A stretch of DNA of 64,000 bases from the IMG/VR virus record IMGVR_UViG_3300045988_174937. One strand, 5' to 3'. Below, piece after piece: positions 33,358 to 41,404 of the stretch. Position numbers and translations under genes: made by a program. A model generated the notes under the pieces. That model searched no databases, was not told where the DNA came from, and worked only from the letters and a program-made list of their open reading frames with translations. This stretch comes from a virus. Within the stretch, counting starts at the first letter, position 1, and each line of letters starts with the position of its first letter.

Positions 33358-33911
33358 AGACGGCGGCATCCATAATTATCGTTGTAGCGGCCCTAATTTT
33401 CGCGTTCTTTCTGGGGCGGAGCAGTTATACCCCTGAACCCCCTAAAGTCGTTGAAAAGTGGCTGACAAAGTACGACACGGTCGAATACCGTGACACGGTT
33501 AAGATTCCCGTTCCGCAGGTTATCGTCCGTGATACCACGATATACCTGCCAGGCGAAATCGACACCGCTGCCTTGCTGGCCGACTACCTGGCCCGAAAGG
33601 AATATCCCCTCGACTTTTCCAACGACAGTATCGGCGAGTTCCGGGTCGATATCACCGTCCAGCGCAACGCCCTTACAGAGGCTGTATCACACGTCAAACC
33701 GCTCATCCGTGTTCATGAGGTTGAACGCACGATTATCGACAAGCAAATTCCCTTTATACAAGGTTATGCCCAAATAGGAACCTCCGTGGATTTTGGCACA
33801 CAAAAGTTTTCCGCCGGAGCCGATTTCCGTCAACGGTTTTTGGTCGGCGCGTCAGCTATAAGAGTTAATGACCAATGGGGGTACACATTAGATTTTGGCA
33901 TAAAATTTTAA
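33354..33911 (+). CDS. N-terminally anchored membrane/periplasmic protein
   Basis: TM/signal-like AASIIIVVAALIFAFFLG with no lipobox Cys. ATGA overlap. Confidence 0.5.
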   Translation: MKTAASIIIVVAALIFAFFLGRSSYTPEPPKVVEKWLTKYDTVEYRDTVKIPVPQVIVRDTTIYLPGEIDTAALLADYLARKEYPLDFSNDSIGEFRVDITVQRNALTEAVSHVKPLIRVHEVERTIIDKQIPFIQGYAQIGTSVDFGTQKFSAGADFRQRFLVGASAIRVNDQWGYTLDFGIKF

Positions 33912-33914
33912 CAA

Positions 33915-33983
33915 TTCTCTTGGCAGTTTGGAGAAAATTTACTACCTTTGTATTGGAAATGAAACTTATAAACCTATAAAGTC
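33915..33983 (+). promoter_or_regulatory. Promoter cassette copy 4 (degenerate: -7 box and leader kept, palindrome lost)
   Basis: TACCTTTG at 33943-33950 and a TATTGGAAATGAAAC leader. The nearest TTTG (33927-33930) is only 12 nt upstream. Confidence 0.5.
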
Positions 33984-36059
33984 ATGAAAGAAATTATCAA
34001 CTACGGCGAAGCACGTCGTCAACAAATTCTGAAAGGTTTTACCAACATCGAAGAGTGTATCGAGGAAGCGCCGATTGAAAAAGCGCGTCACGGTGTTTAC
34101 GCCGATAACGCTCAGAACCGCCGTCTGCAGCGCGTGGGCCAGGAGTATGGTCACGCCGCTCAGGAAAAGCCTGAGGCAGGCCAGGAAGAGGGTGGTGTAC
34201 CGGAGGGCAACGTAAGTCTCCAGAACCACGCTCGTCAGGCTTCAGAAGAGGCCCTCGTAAAGGTGGCCAACGACCCGTCGGCCGACGCTGAGATGCGTAA
34301 GGTAGCCACGGCTGAGCTGGAGCGTCGTGGCGTAAACGTTCGCGCCAAGAACAAGAAAGGCGACCAGTCGCTCCGTAATGGTTTGGCTGACGGCGACGCC
34401 AAGTCGGCTTCGACGTTCGAAGCCATGGGCTTCCGTCAGATGGACGACGAGGACCTGGCTCAGTACGCCGGAGTTGAAGACGCCGCTCACGCTTTCATCA
34501 AGCAGGTTGGCGGTGACGAAGACGGCTTTGACCTGGTAGTTACCAAGACCAGCGAGGGTTACCGTGTGGACAAATACCCCTATGCTGACGTGGACAATTT
34601 TGAGTCCGTGACGGTCAAGAAAATCGAGGATGTCGAGGGAGCCGCTTCTAAATTTGGTGACCCCGATGCTAAGGGTGGAAAGGCTGATGCCAAGTCGCTG
34701 GTCGACAGTTTCTACTCTGCCATGGAGGATGAGGGAGATTTCGACGCTAAGTCGTTCAAATCCTATGTGAAGGAAAAGGGCGGCAAAGTCGTTAAAGAAC
34801 TGGCTGCGGCCATCGGTAACTTACCCAGCGAGACGATGTCGAGTGACCCCGATGATGAGGAAATCGCCGCTGAAATCGAATCGATGTTCAAAGAGGCGGG
34901 GATGCGCGTTCCTCGCGAAGTCAAGAAAGAACTTGATAAACTCCAAGGTTCCGCTGAGGGCGTTGTGGATAAATGGAACGCTTATCTCGAAGAAGAGGAC
35001 GGTGGCGAAGATTTTGCCGATTCTCTCCAGTCGCTGGTTGATAAAAAGAGCGACGCCAAGGTAATCAAGGAACTTGCCGAAGCGTTCCGCAATCTTCCGG
35101 CAGAGACGATGTCCAGCGACCCGGATGACGGTGAGATTGCCGACGAAATCGCCAACATGTTCGAAGAGGCTGGGGTTACACTTTCGAAGAAAGGTCAGGC
35201 CGCTCTTGACAAGATGCGCGATGATTCCGACTACGAAGAAAACGCCGACGACGCCGGGGAACTGGTACGCAGTTTCGACGATATGGCCGAAAACGATACC
35301 GATTTCGATTCCGCAGGATTCAAGTCGTTCGTCAAGAAGAAAGGCGACGCCGCCGCCATCAAAGCACTTGCCCGGTATATTCGGGAAAATCCCCTGGGTG
35401 GTAACATGGAAAGCGAACTCGATGACGACGAGATTGCTGAGGTTATCGAAAACATGTATGCCGAGGCTGGCGTAAAGGTATCTGAGGATGGTCACAAGGA
35501 ACTCGACGCTTTGCGCGGTGGCCAGAAAGAAAGCGATACCAAGCAAGCCGAAAAGGCTGAGCGGGCCAAGAAAGCCGCTGCAGCCGATAAGACTTCTAAG
35601 GCAAAAGGCGCCAAACTGGACGCTACTCTGAAAACCGTTGAGTCGGTGGACAAGATGGTGAAAGATGTCTTCAACGAAGACAACTCGAAGAAATTCCTCA
35701 AGAATTTTCTGAAAGACCCTGAAGCACATGCCAAGGTCCTGTCCCAGCGCATAAAGTCGGGCGACAAGAAGACTGCTGCTGACGCTCAGTATGTTGCTAA
35801 CCGTATTGCCGGCATTATCATGGACCCCGTGTCTCGCAGTCGCGGCGAGGGCGTTGGTCAGGAAATCGGCAATCATCCGGAGTTGAAGAAATTTATCGAT
35901 GCAAACGATGAGGCTAACAACATCAAGTGGAATCAGTTCGGCATGGACAAAGAGGAATCTCGGAGGTTGTTCGACGAGAAGAGGAAGAAGATGGATGCCG
36001 CACGCAAGGGATTTGTAAGCAAGTTCCTTGAGATTTACGGCGGTAACAAAGAGGAGTAA
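33984..36059 (+). CDS. Acidic repeat-containing virion/internal protein (scaffold or ejected protein candidate)
   Basis: 691 aa. N-terminal EKAR..G.YADNAQNRRLQRVG motif, a HEAT-like segment, three ~90-aa tandem repeats (nt 34689-35522) and a Lys-rich C-terminal part. Confidence 0.6.
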   Translation: MKEIINYGEARRQQILKGFTNIEECIEEAPIEKARHGVYADNAQNRRLQRVGQEYGHAAQEKPEAGQEEGGVPEGNVSLQNHARQASEEALVKVANDPSADAEMRKVATAELERRGVNVRAKNKKGDQSLRNGLADGDAKSASTFEAMGFRQMDDEDLAQYAGVEDAAHAFIKQVGGDEDGFDLVVTKTSEGYRVDKYPYADVDNFESVTVKKIEDVEGAASKFGDPDAKGGKADAKSLVDSFYSAMEDEGDFDAKSFKSYVKEKGGKVVKELAAAIGNLPSETMSSDPDDEEIAAEIESMFKEAGMRVPREVKKELDKLQGSAEGVVDKWNAYLEEEDGGEDFADSLQSLVDKKSDAKVIKELAEAFRNLPAETMSSDPDDGEIADEIANMFEEAGVTLSKKGQAALDKMRDDSDYEENADDAGELVRSFDDMAENDTDFDSAGFKSFVKKKGDAAAIKALARYIRENPLGGNMESELDDDEIAEVIENMYAEAGVKVSEDGHKELDALRGGQKESDTKQAEKAERAKKAAAADKTSKAKGAKLDATLKTVESVDKMVKDVFNEDNSKKFLKNFLKDPEAHAKVLSQRIKSGDKKTAADAQYVANRIAGIIMDPVSRSRGEGVGQEIGNHPELKKFIDANDEANNIKWNQFGMDKEESRRLFDEKRKKMDAARKGFVSKFLEIYGGNKEE

Positions 36060-36277
36060 TGCCTTACAACGCCAAACATACGCATTTTCTTCCGTCACCG
36101 TTCCCCACCGTTACTCAGTACGAAGACCGATTTATACGGGAATGGAACGCTAATAACGCCGCAGCGCTTGGTGATGTACTAAAATACATCGCCGACGCTA
36201 CGGCTGTGGCGGTTAAAGAATTAAAGGAAGATGGACCAAAGAAAAATAATTTGGGCCGTGTCGGCAGCGAAGGCTGA
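36059..36277 (+). CDS. Hypothetical small protein ending in NNLGRVGSEG
   Basis: 72-aa ORF with a TAATG overlap. The C-terminus repeats the LGRVG motif. Confidence 0.5.
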   Translation: MPYNAKHTHFLPSPFPTVTQYEDRFIREWNANNAAALGDVLKYIADATAVAVKELKEDGPKKNNLGRVGSEG

Positions 36278-36743
36278 GAAGATTTGGCATATCGGCACAA
36301 CAATCGCTGCTAACAGCGCGTTGAAGGAAACGCCGCCTTACCCTGTACGAGTCATCGTTCGCGTGAAGGATGATAGGGGGAGGGTGAGGTATAACATCGG
36401 TACGCTATCACGCGTCAGTGATGGTAAGTGTGAGGTGAATTTGTTCCCCAATGGTGCGCCGATTACAGCGTCGTTAGGGGTTAACGAAGAGGTTCGCCTC
36501 TGGCCTGATATCGATTGGTTTTGGAAAAAGATGTTTGACGAAGAAGCCATCAAGATAAAAGACTTTTCTGAACTCACCAAGTACCGAGCTGTTATCGTCA
36601 AGTTGGGGAACGCTGAAAACGGGTTTTGTTATAAGCCTGGAAAAGTTGTTGCAATTACCGATAAGAGCGTTGAAATCGACCTTAACAACGGTAGAATTGC
36701 CGTTAAACACGGCCACGAATCACGAGTAAGATTATGGGAGTAG
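36231..36743 (+). CDS. Hypothetical protein with an internal duplication
   Basis: Two ~50-aa beta-rich halves, each ending in VRLW. Overlaps the previous ORF by 47 nt. Confidence 0.55.
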   Translation: MDQRKIIWAVSAAKAEKIWHIGTTIAANSALKETPPYPVRVIVRVKDDRGRVRYNIGTLSRVSDGKCEVNLFPNGAPITASLGVNEEVRLWPDIDWFWKKMFDEEAIKIKDFSELTKYRAVIVKLGNAENGFCYKPGKVVAITDKSVEIDLNNGRIAVKHGHESRVRLWE

Positions 36744-37300
36744 TAGATGAAGTGACGAGGGTATTTCACGAAGCTAATCGATACCGCCACGACCACTTGC
36801 GTAAAGCCATAGGTGCTTTTGAGGGAAGCCTCACCGACGGCGATGCGCTGGAGAAGGCCCGTTCGAAGACAGGGCGGTACGCCAACACGGCCAAGAATCG
36901 GAAATTAGGGCGCGTCGGAATGCCGTATGAAAAGAAATCACGCTTCCCCGCGCCTCATCAGCGTCGAGATTCCGAGCACCGTCAAGAAGGTACGTATATT
37001 CGTACACTTACGGTGGGTGATGGCGCTGAAGCAGTCGAAATAGCCGACGATGGCGTTGCTCGTAACGATTTTTACGATAATCAAGAAGTCGGTAAATACG
37101 CCAAGCGTCATTATGAAAAAGTGAAAAACGGCGACAAGGTTCGTTATGACGGCAAGGTGAAAACCGTTTACGCAACCAAAGAATTGACTGAAAACGGCAT
37201 TACAACGCAGTACGTTCAATTTGTAGGCAGACCGTCGTATAGCGGTGCGCCACGTGGTACAGGTAAGTGGGTTCCGCGAAAAGACGTCGAGAAACTATGA
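36734..37300 (+). CDS. Hypothetical head-module protein with an EKAR..G.YANTAKNRKLGRVG motif
   Basis: 188-aa ORF. Motif at nt 36872-36931. Confidence 0.6.
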   Translation: MGVVDEVTRVFHEANRYRHDHLRKAIGAFEGSLTDGDALEKARSKTGRYANTAKNRKLGRVGMPYEKKSRFPAPHQRRDSEHRQEGTYIRTLTVGDGAEAVEIADDGVARNDFYDNQEVGKYAKRHYEKVKNGDKVRYDGKVKTVYATKELTENGITTQYVQFVGRPSYSGAPRGTGKWVPRKDVEKL

Positions 37301-38229
37301 TTTTCAACAACCGCCAAATAGACGACATGGTCGGTATTCTCCGGCGCTGGCAGTACCTGTTCGTTGCCAAGCACGTCGGACTGGACTTTCTGACCCAGTC
37401 GGAGATCGACATCTTGGTGGCGTCAGGGGTCAACGTCGATAAGTACAAGAACACGAAAGGCATCATCGAACACGCTTTTCTGTTCGGTATCTTGGCTGAG
37501 GCACTCGGCGATCAACGCGCCAAGAAGATGAATTACAAGCAATTTCTCCAGTTCCTGAAGTCGGGAAATTTCGTACCGCTCACCGAGCAGGAGGAAAACG
37601 CGCTCAACTACCTCAAGAACCGCGCCTATACCGACATCACGTCGCTCGGCAACCGTATCGTTACCGGAACACGGAACGCCATCCTCAAATCGAATTTCCG
37701 TCAGCAATCGGTAATACGTCAGCAAATCAAAGACAAGGCTATTCAAGCCGTTCAACTCCGTAAGGGAGCCCGGTATATAGCCAGCGAACTCGGAAACCTT
37801 ACCCAAGACTGGGGACGCGATTGGCTGCGTATTGCGTACTACCTCCTGCACGAAGCCTACAACGTGGGCCGCTCTGAAAGTATTTTCAAGCAACACGGGC
37901 CTGACGCCAAAGTGTATTTCGACGTCTATCCAGGCGCGTGCGCTAAGTGCCGGGAGTTGTACTTAGAAGACCCCGAGGACCCTACCTCGAAACCGAAACT
38001 GTTCCGTTTGGCGGACCTTATCGCTAACGGTAACAACATCGGTCGTAAGGCGGCAGAGTGGCTCCCTACGATTAACCCGACGCACCCCTACTGCCGTTGT
38101 ACGATTAATTACGTTCCTGACGGCTTTGATTGGGACCCCGCAACTCGCGCTTTCACCAAGCCCGTCAAACGCCAGTTTAAGGACCCAAAGTTAAAGAACT
38201 TGAAACTTAACATTAAAGTTACCAAATAA
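37297..38229 (+). CDS. Mu F / SPP1 gp7-like minor head (head morphogenesis) protein
   Basis: C-terminal INPTHPYCRCTINYVP signature. ATG at 37297 forms an ATGA overlap with the previous stop. Confidence 0.65.
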   Translation: MIFNNRQIDDMVGILRRWQYLFVAKHVGLDFLTQSEIDILVASGVNVDKYKNTKGIIEHAFLFGILAEALGDQRAKKMNYKQFLQFLKSGNFVPLTEQEENALNYLKNRAYTDITSLGNRIVTGTRNAILKSNFRQQSVIRQQIKDKAIQAVQLRKGARYIASELGNLTQDWGRDWLRIAYYLLHEAYNVGRSESIFKQHGPDAKVYFDVYPGACAKCRELYLEDPEDPTSKPKLFRLADLIANGNNIGRKAAEWLPTINPTHPYCRCTINYVPDGFDWDPATRAFTKPVKRQFKDPKLKNLKLNIKVTK

Positions 38230-39185
38230 TGAAAAACAAAATCGTACAAGACCCCCCGTTCACTATCCAGGTCGAGCCAACTGAGGGGTGTAACCTGGGA
38301 TGTTCGTTTTGCGGTTTGCGCGGTATGCGTGAAAAAGGTACCAAACCGTGGCTCTTTATGACGCTTGAAACTGCTGAGCGTATTGCGTCGGAAGTGGCTC
38401 GCGTGGGGTGGAAATGTAAAATCGTGTTTGCTATGCATGGCGAACCTACGTTAAACCCTAAGTTGGTTGATATTATCGGCGTGTTTCGTAAGTATTTGCC
38501 GAAAACCGTTTTTCACATGTACACTAACGGCTATGGCATCAACCGCACAGATGATACGGCGGCTTATCTCGACCGTCTGTTCGAAGCAGGAATCAACGAC
38601 ATTTTGGTCGATTGCTATACTGCCAAGGGGGACTGGAATTTTGTGGATAAAATCGACATTGAAAAGTACAACGTCACGGCCCTTGAACCTGGCGTTCCGT
38701 ACTATCTCCCCAAGCAGGGGCGTCGTATTTTGCTGTTGCCGCCACTTACCGAGGATGACATCAACAAAGGAACGCGTCGTCTGGCTAACCACTGCGGCGC
38801 GGCGTTCCCGCTCGACGACTCATTCAACAACAAACGCTGTACTTTCCCGTTCCGCGAACTGGATGTACGTTGGAACGGCCAGGTGTGCCTGTGCTGTGAC
38901 GACTTCCGCGGCGAGTATCCTATCGCCAATATCCACGATATGCCTATCGAAGACCTCTGGAATCATCCGCGCTTCCACGCTGCCCGCGTGATGCTGTACA
39001 ACAACGACCGTCGGTTCCGTCCGTGCCAGGGTTGTACACACGTCAGCGTCCGCGTCGGTTTCCTGCCTGATAAGATGGGCAAGAAAACGCTCCCGCCTAT
39101 CACGCCGGAAATTCGCCGTATGGCTGAGGACGTATCGAAGGACGGCCCCTGCGCCGAGATTTACAAACGGCCATGGGAAAAATAA
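38229..39185 (+). CDS. Radical SAM enzyme with a SPASM/twitch-type C-terminal Cys-rich domain
   Basis: EPTEGCNLGCSFCG (CxxxCxxC), GEPTLNP, then CTFPFRELDVRWNGQVCLCCDDF...IEDLWNHPRF...CQGC auxiliary-cluster motif. Confidence 0.75.
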   Translation: MKNKIVQDPPFTIQVEPTEGCNLGCSFCGLRGMREKGTKPWLFMTLETAERIASEVARVGWKCKIVFAMHGEPTLNPKLVDIIGVFRKYLPKTVFHMYTNGYGINRTDDTAAYLDRLFEAGINDILVDCYTAKGDWNFVDKIDIEKYNVTALEPGVPYYLPKQGRRILLLPPLTEDDINKGTRRLANHCGAAFPLDDSFNNKRCTFPFRELDVRWNGQVCLCCDDFRGEYPIANIHDMPIEDLWNHPRFHAARVMLYNNDRRFRPCQGCTHVSVRVGFLPDKMGKKTLPPITPEIRRMAEDVSKDGPCAEIYKRPWEK

Positions 39186-39853
39186 AGTACCTCTGTGTCG
39201 AGCCGCACGCAGGTGACCTCCTGATGAGCGCTTGTCACGTTTTAGTAGCACCCGAATATGACGTTCGGGTGCTTACTGTAGATAGCGACCCAAAACGCGT
39301 CGAGGAACAGCGCCAACTGTGTGATTTTCTTGGTATAGCTATGGACTATCTGGACCTGGAGTTAGAAGATGTCCGTTGTAGCAATTTTCAGAGCCAATGT
39401 AGGGATTTAAGCTATGAAGCGGTCTATACGTATCTTCGGAATAAATACGACTCTGACGGGCTTAATTTCGCTGAACAAACGCTTCGCGATTATTTGCGTA
39501 AGTTTATGCGCCGCAACCCCGGTTACACGTTACTGGCGCCTCTCGGTGCAGGACACCCGTTCAACCAGTTTATCCACGATACGGTATATGACACGGCGTC
39601 CAGCGCGGAATATTATCGCGACTTCCCTTATTCGTATGCATCGCGAGGCCGTGAACAAGTACGCGTGCAATGTTATAACAGCGAAAACCTACTGATGAAA
39701 CGCCGGGTATCGTGCGACGATATGTTTGACGTTAAGTGGGAGTTGGTTATACGGTTTTATCCTTCGTTGGAAGCCACTATGGATAAATACCAGCGTTTTA
39801 TAGAGCAGAACCCGCCCGAGGAAATATGGTACGAGGGTGAATTACCGTTTTGA
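39173..39853 (+). CDS. PIG-L/LmbE-family deacetylase-like protein
   Basis: LCVEPHAGDLLMS (H-x-x-D as in HPDD) and a later GAGHPFNQFIHD His motif. Confidence 0.45.
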   Translation: MGKIKYLCVEPHAGDLLMSACHVLVAPEYDVRVLTVDSDPKRVEEQRQLCDFLGIAMDYLDLELEDVRCSNFQSQCRDLSYEAVYTYLRNKYDSDGLNFAEQTLRDYLRKFMRRNPGYTLLAPLGAGHPFNQFIHDTVYDTASSAEYYRDFPYSYASRGREQVRVQCYNSENLLMKRRVSCDDMFDVKWELVIRFYPSLEATMDKYQRFIEQNPPEEIWYEGELPF

Positions 39854-39909
39854 CGTTGTGTTCACGTTTTCACAAGTATATCAAACGTGTAAACCTAAAA
39901 TTGCAAAAT

Positions 39910-41337
39910 ATGAAAGTTCTTATTGGTGAATTTGTAATGAGCCCTTACGGAGGCATCGCTGCCTATGTAACGGAGATAATTAAAGGGTTCAAATCTCTGG
40001 GGTGTGATGTCGACTTGTTTCGGCTTTCCCCCAGTAAGATAACCCAAAAGGCGTATGACGCTAAATGTGCTGAGTTGAAATCTGGCGATTATAAGTATAA
40101 GTCGTCGTCGGGTTTTGAATACGACGCAAATGTTGGCTATTGGTGCAACAGCATAGAGGGCTACATGCTTCCGCCCTCTAACCGAATTCCGGTCTACGAA
40201 GAGGGGGCGCTCGAACAGTGGCATAAATTGGCGGACACGGCGGATATCGTTCTATGGAATTTCCTTCCTACGCATAACCGCGCCTGGGAGGGTAAAAACG
40301 GACAGCCGTTCGATTATTGGTACAAATTCTTCGACTTGCCGTCCAGTGTATCACAGGTGTATATCGTGCATGATATTTCGCCTGACAAACGCAATACATA
40401 TCTTTCTGTGCTAAAGGACAAGATTCTGTTCTTGGCCGTTGCTCACCTTGTGGGATACAAATGCTGTGAGAATATCGGCATACCGCGCTCTTTGCTTCTC
40501 AATCCACGCTTTCTTGACGAGAAGAAGAGCCCGGCTACGCCGATGAAGTCGCGCGAGGTGGATTTCTTTGCAGGGCACATTTTCAAGCCAGTTAAGCACT
40601 TGGAAGAGTACATTCGCGCTATTCCGTACATTAACGCCAAGAAGCAGCACACATGTTGGTTGGCGGGTGCAGGAATCGAACAGAACTACATGACGGCTCC
40701 GGTGAAAATTAAGCCGCGATACATATGCTCTAAAACCTATGATCCCGACTTGGACCCGGCCCTTGAGGGTAAGGTTACTATTTGGAACCGGGCCTTGGAA
40801 TGCGGCATGGAGTACTTTGGGCTGTTGAGTGTTAGCCAGGTAAGCGACGTGCTGGATAACGCTAAGTTTGCCATTGACCCGCAATACAGCCCGTATGGTT
40901 CGCTTCATGGCCGTACTCACATAAATGGGTTCATCATCGAAGCACTTGTCCATGGTACATATCCCGTAATACGAGATTATCGTGGCATTACGCCGGAAAG
41001 TCTTACAGTTGAAGACCCGATTTTCGACGTAATGGAAAAGATAGCCATTCCCTGGGATGCGACCCCAAAACAGTTTGCTCAGATGTTAAAAGACGCTTTG
41101 CGTATGGACCCTGAAAAGTACCTCGCTGATACGGACCATAATTACAAAGTGGCTTTGGAATTGTTTAACGCTCGCGCCAATGCTGAAGAAATAATTCGTA
41201 TTTGTAAGGGCGGGAAGAAATATGTCAACAAACACCTGGAATGTGGCGAAGATTCTCCAGAGGTGCAAAAGAGTACCAATAAGATGATGGAAGAATTTTT
41301 CCACATACCACTGCCTCTCAAATGGGAGAACAAGTAA
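39910..41337 (+). CDS. GT-B fold glycosyltransferase (GT4-like)
   Basis: N-terminal MKVLIGEFVMSPYGGIAAYVTEIIKGFKSLGCDVDLF and C-terminal HINGFIIEALVHGTYPVI (E..G...EA...G.PV-like). ATG at 39910 is preferred over 39850. Confidence 0.55.
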   Translation: MKVLIGEFVMSPYGGIAAYVTEIIKGFKSLGCDVDLFRLSPSKITQKAYDAKCAELKSGDYKYKSSSGFEYDANVGYWCNSIEGYMLPPSNRIPVYEEGALEQWHKLADTADIVLWNFLPTHNRAWEGKNGQPFDYWYKFFDLPSSVSQVYIVHDISPDKRNTYLSVLKDKILFLAVAHLVGYKCCENIGIPRSLLLNPRFLDEKKSPATPMKSREVDFFAGHIFKPVKHLEEYIRAIPYINAKKQHTCWLAGAGIEQNYMTAPVKIKPRYICSKTYDPDLDPALEGKVTIWNRALECGMEYFGLLSVSQVSDVLDNAKFAIDPQYSPYGSLHGRTHINGFIIEALVHGTYPVIRDYRGITPESLTVEDPIFDVMEKIAIPWDATPKQFAQMLKDALRMDPEKYLADTDHNYKVALELFNARANAEEIIRICKGGKKYVNKHLECGEDSPEVQKSTNKMMEEFFHIPLPLKWENK

Positions 41338-41339
41338 CA

Positions 41340-41372
41340 ACAGGGGATGCTTTCGAGGCATCCCCTGTTTGT
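41340..41372 (+). terminator. Rho-independent terminator
   Basis: ACAGGGGATGC (41340-41350) pairs with GCATCCCCTGT (41358-41368) as a perfect 11-bp stem, followed by TTTG. Confidence 0.8.
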
Positions 41373-41404
41373 ATGCCAAATATAAGTTTACAAATGCTTA
41401 TTTT

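Noticed and set aside
34821-36098. 425-aa ORF on the minus strand
   Set aside because: It lies entirely antisense to the 33984-36059 gene. That gene has clear tandem protein repeats, its own promoter and the preferred codon usage. The antisense ORF is a by-product of GC-rich, stop-poor antisense frames.
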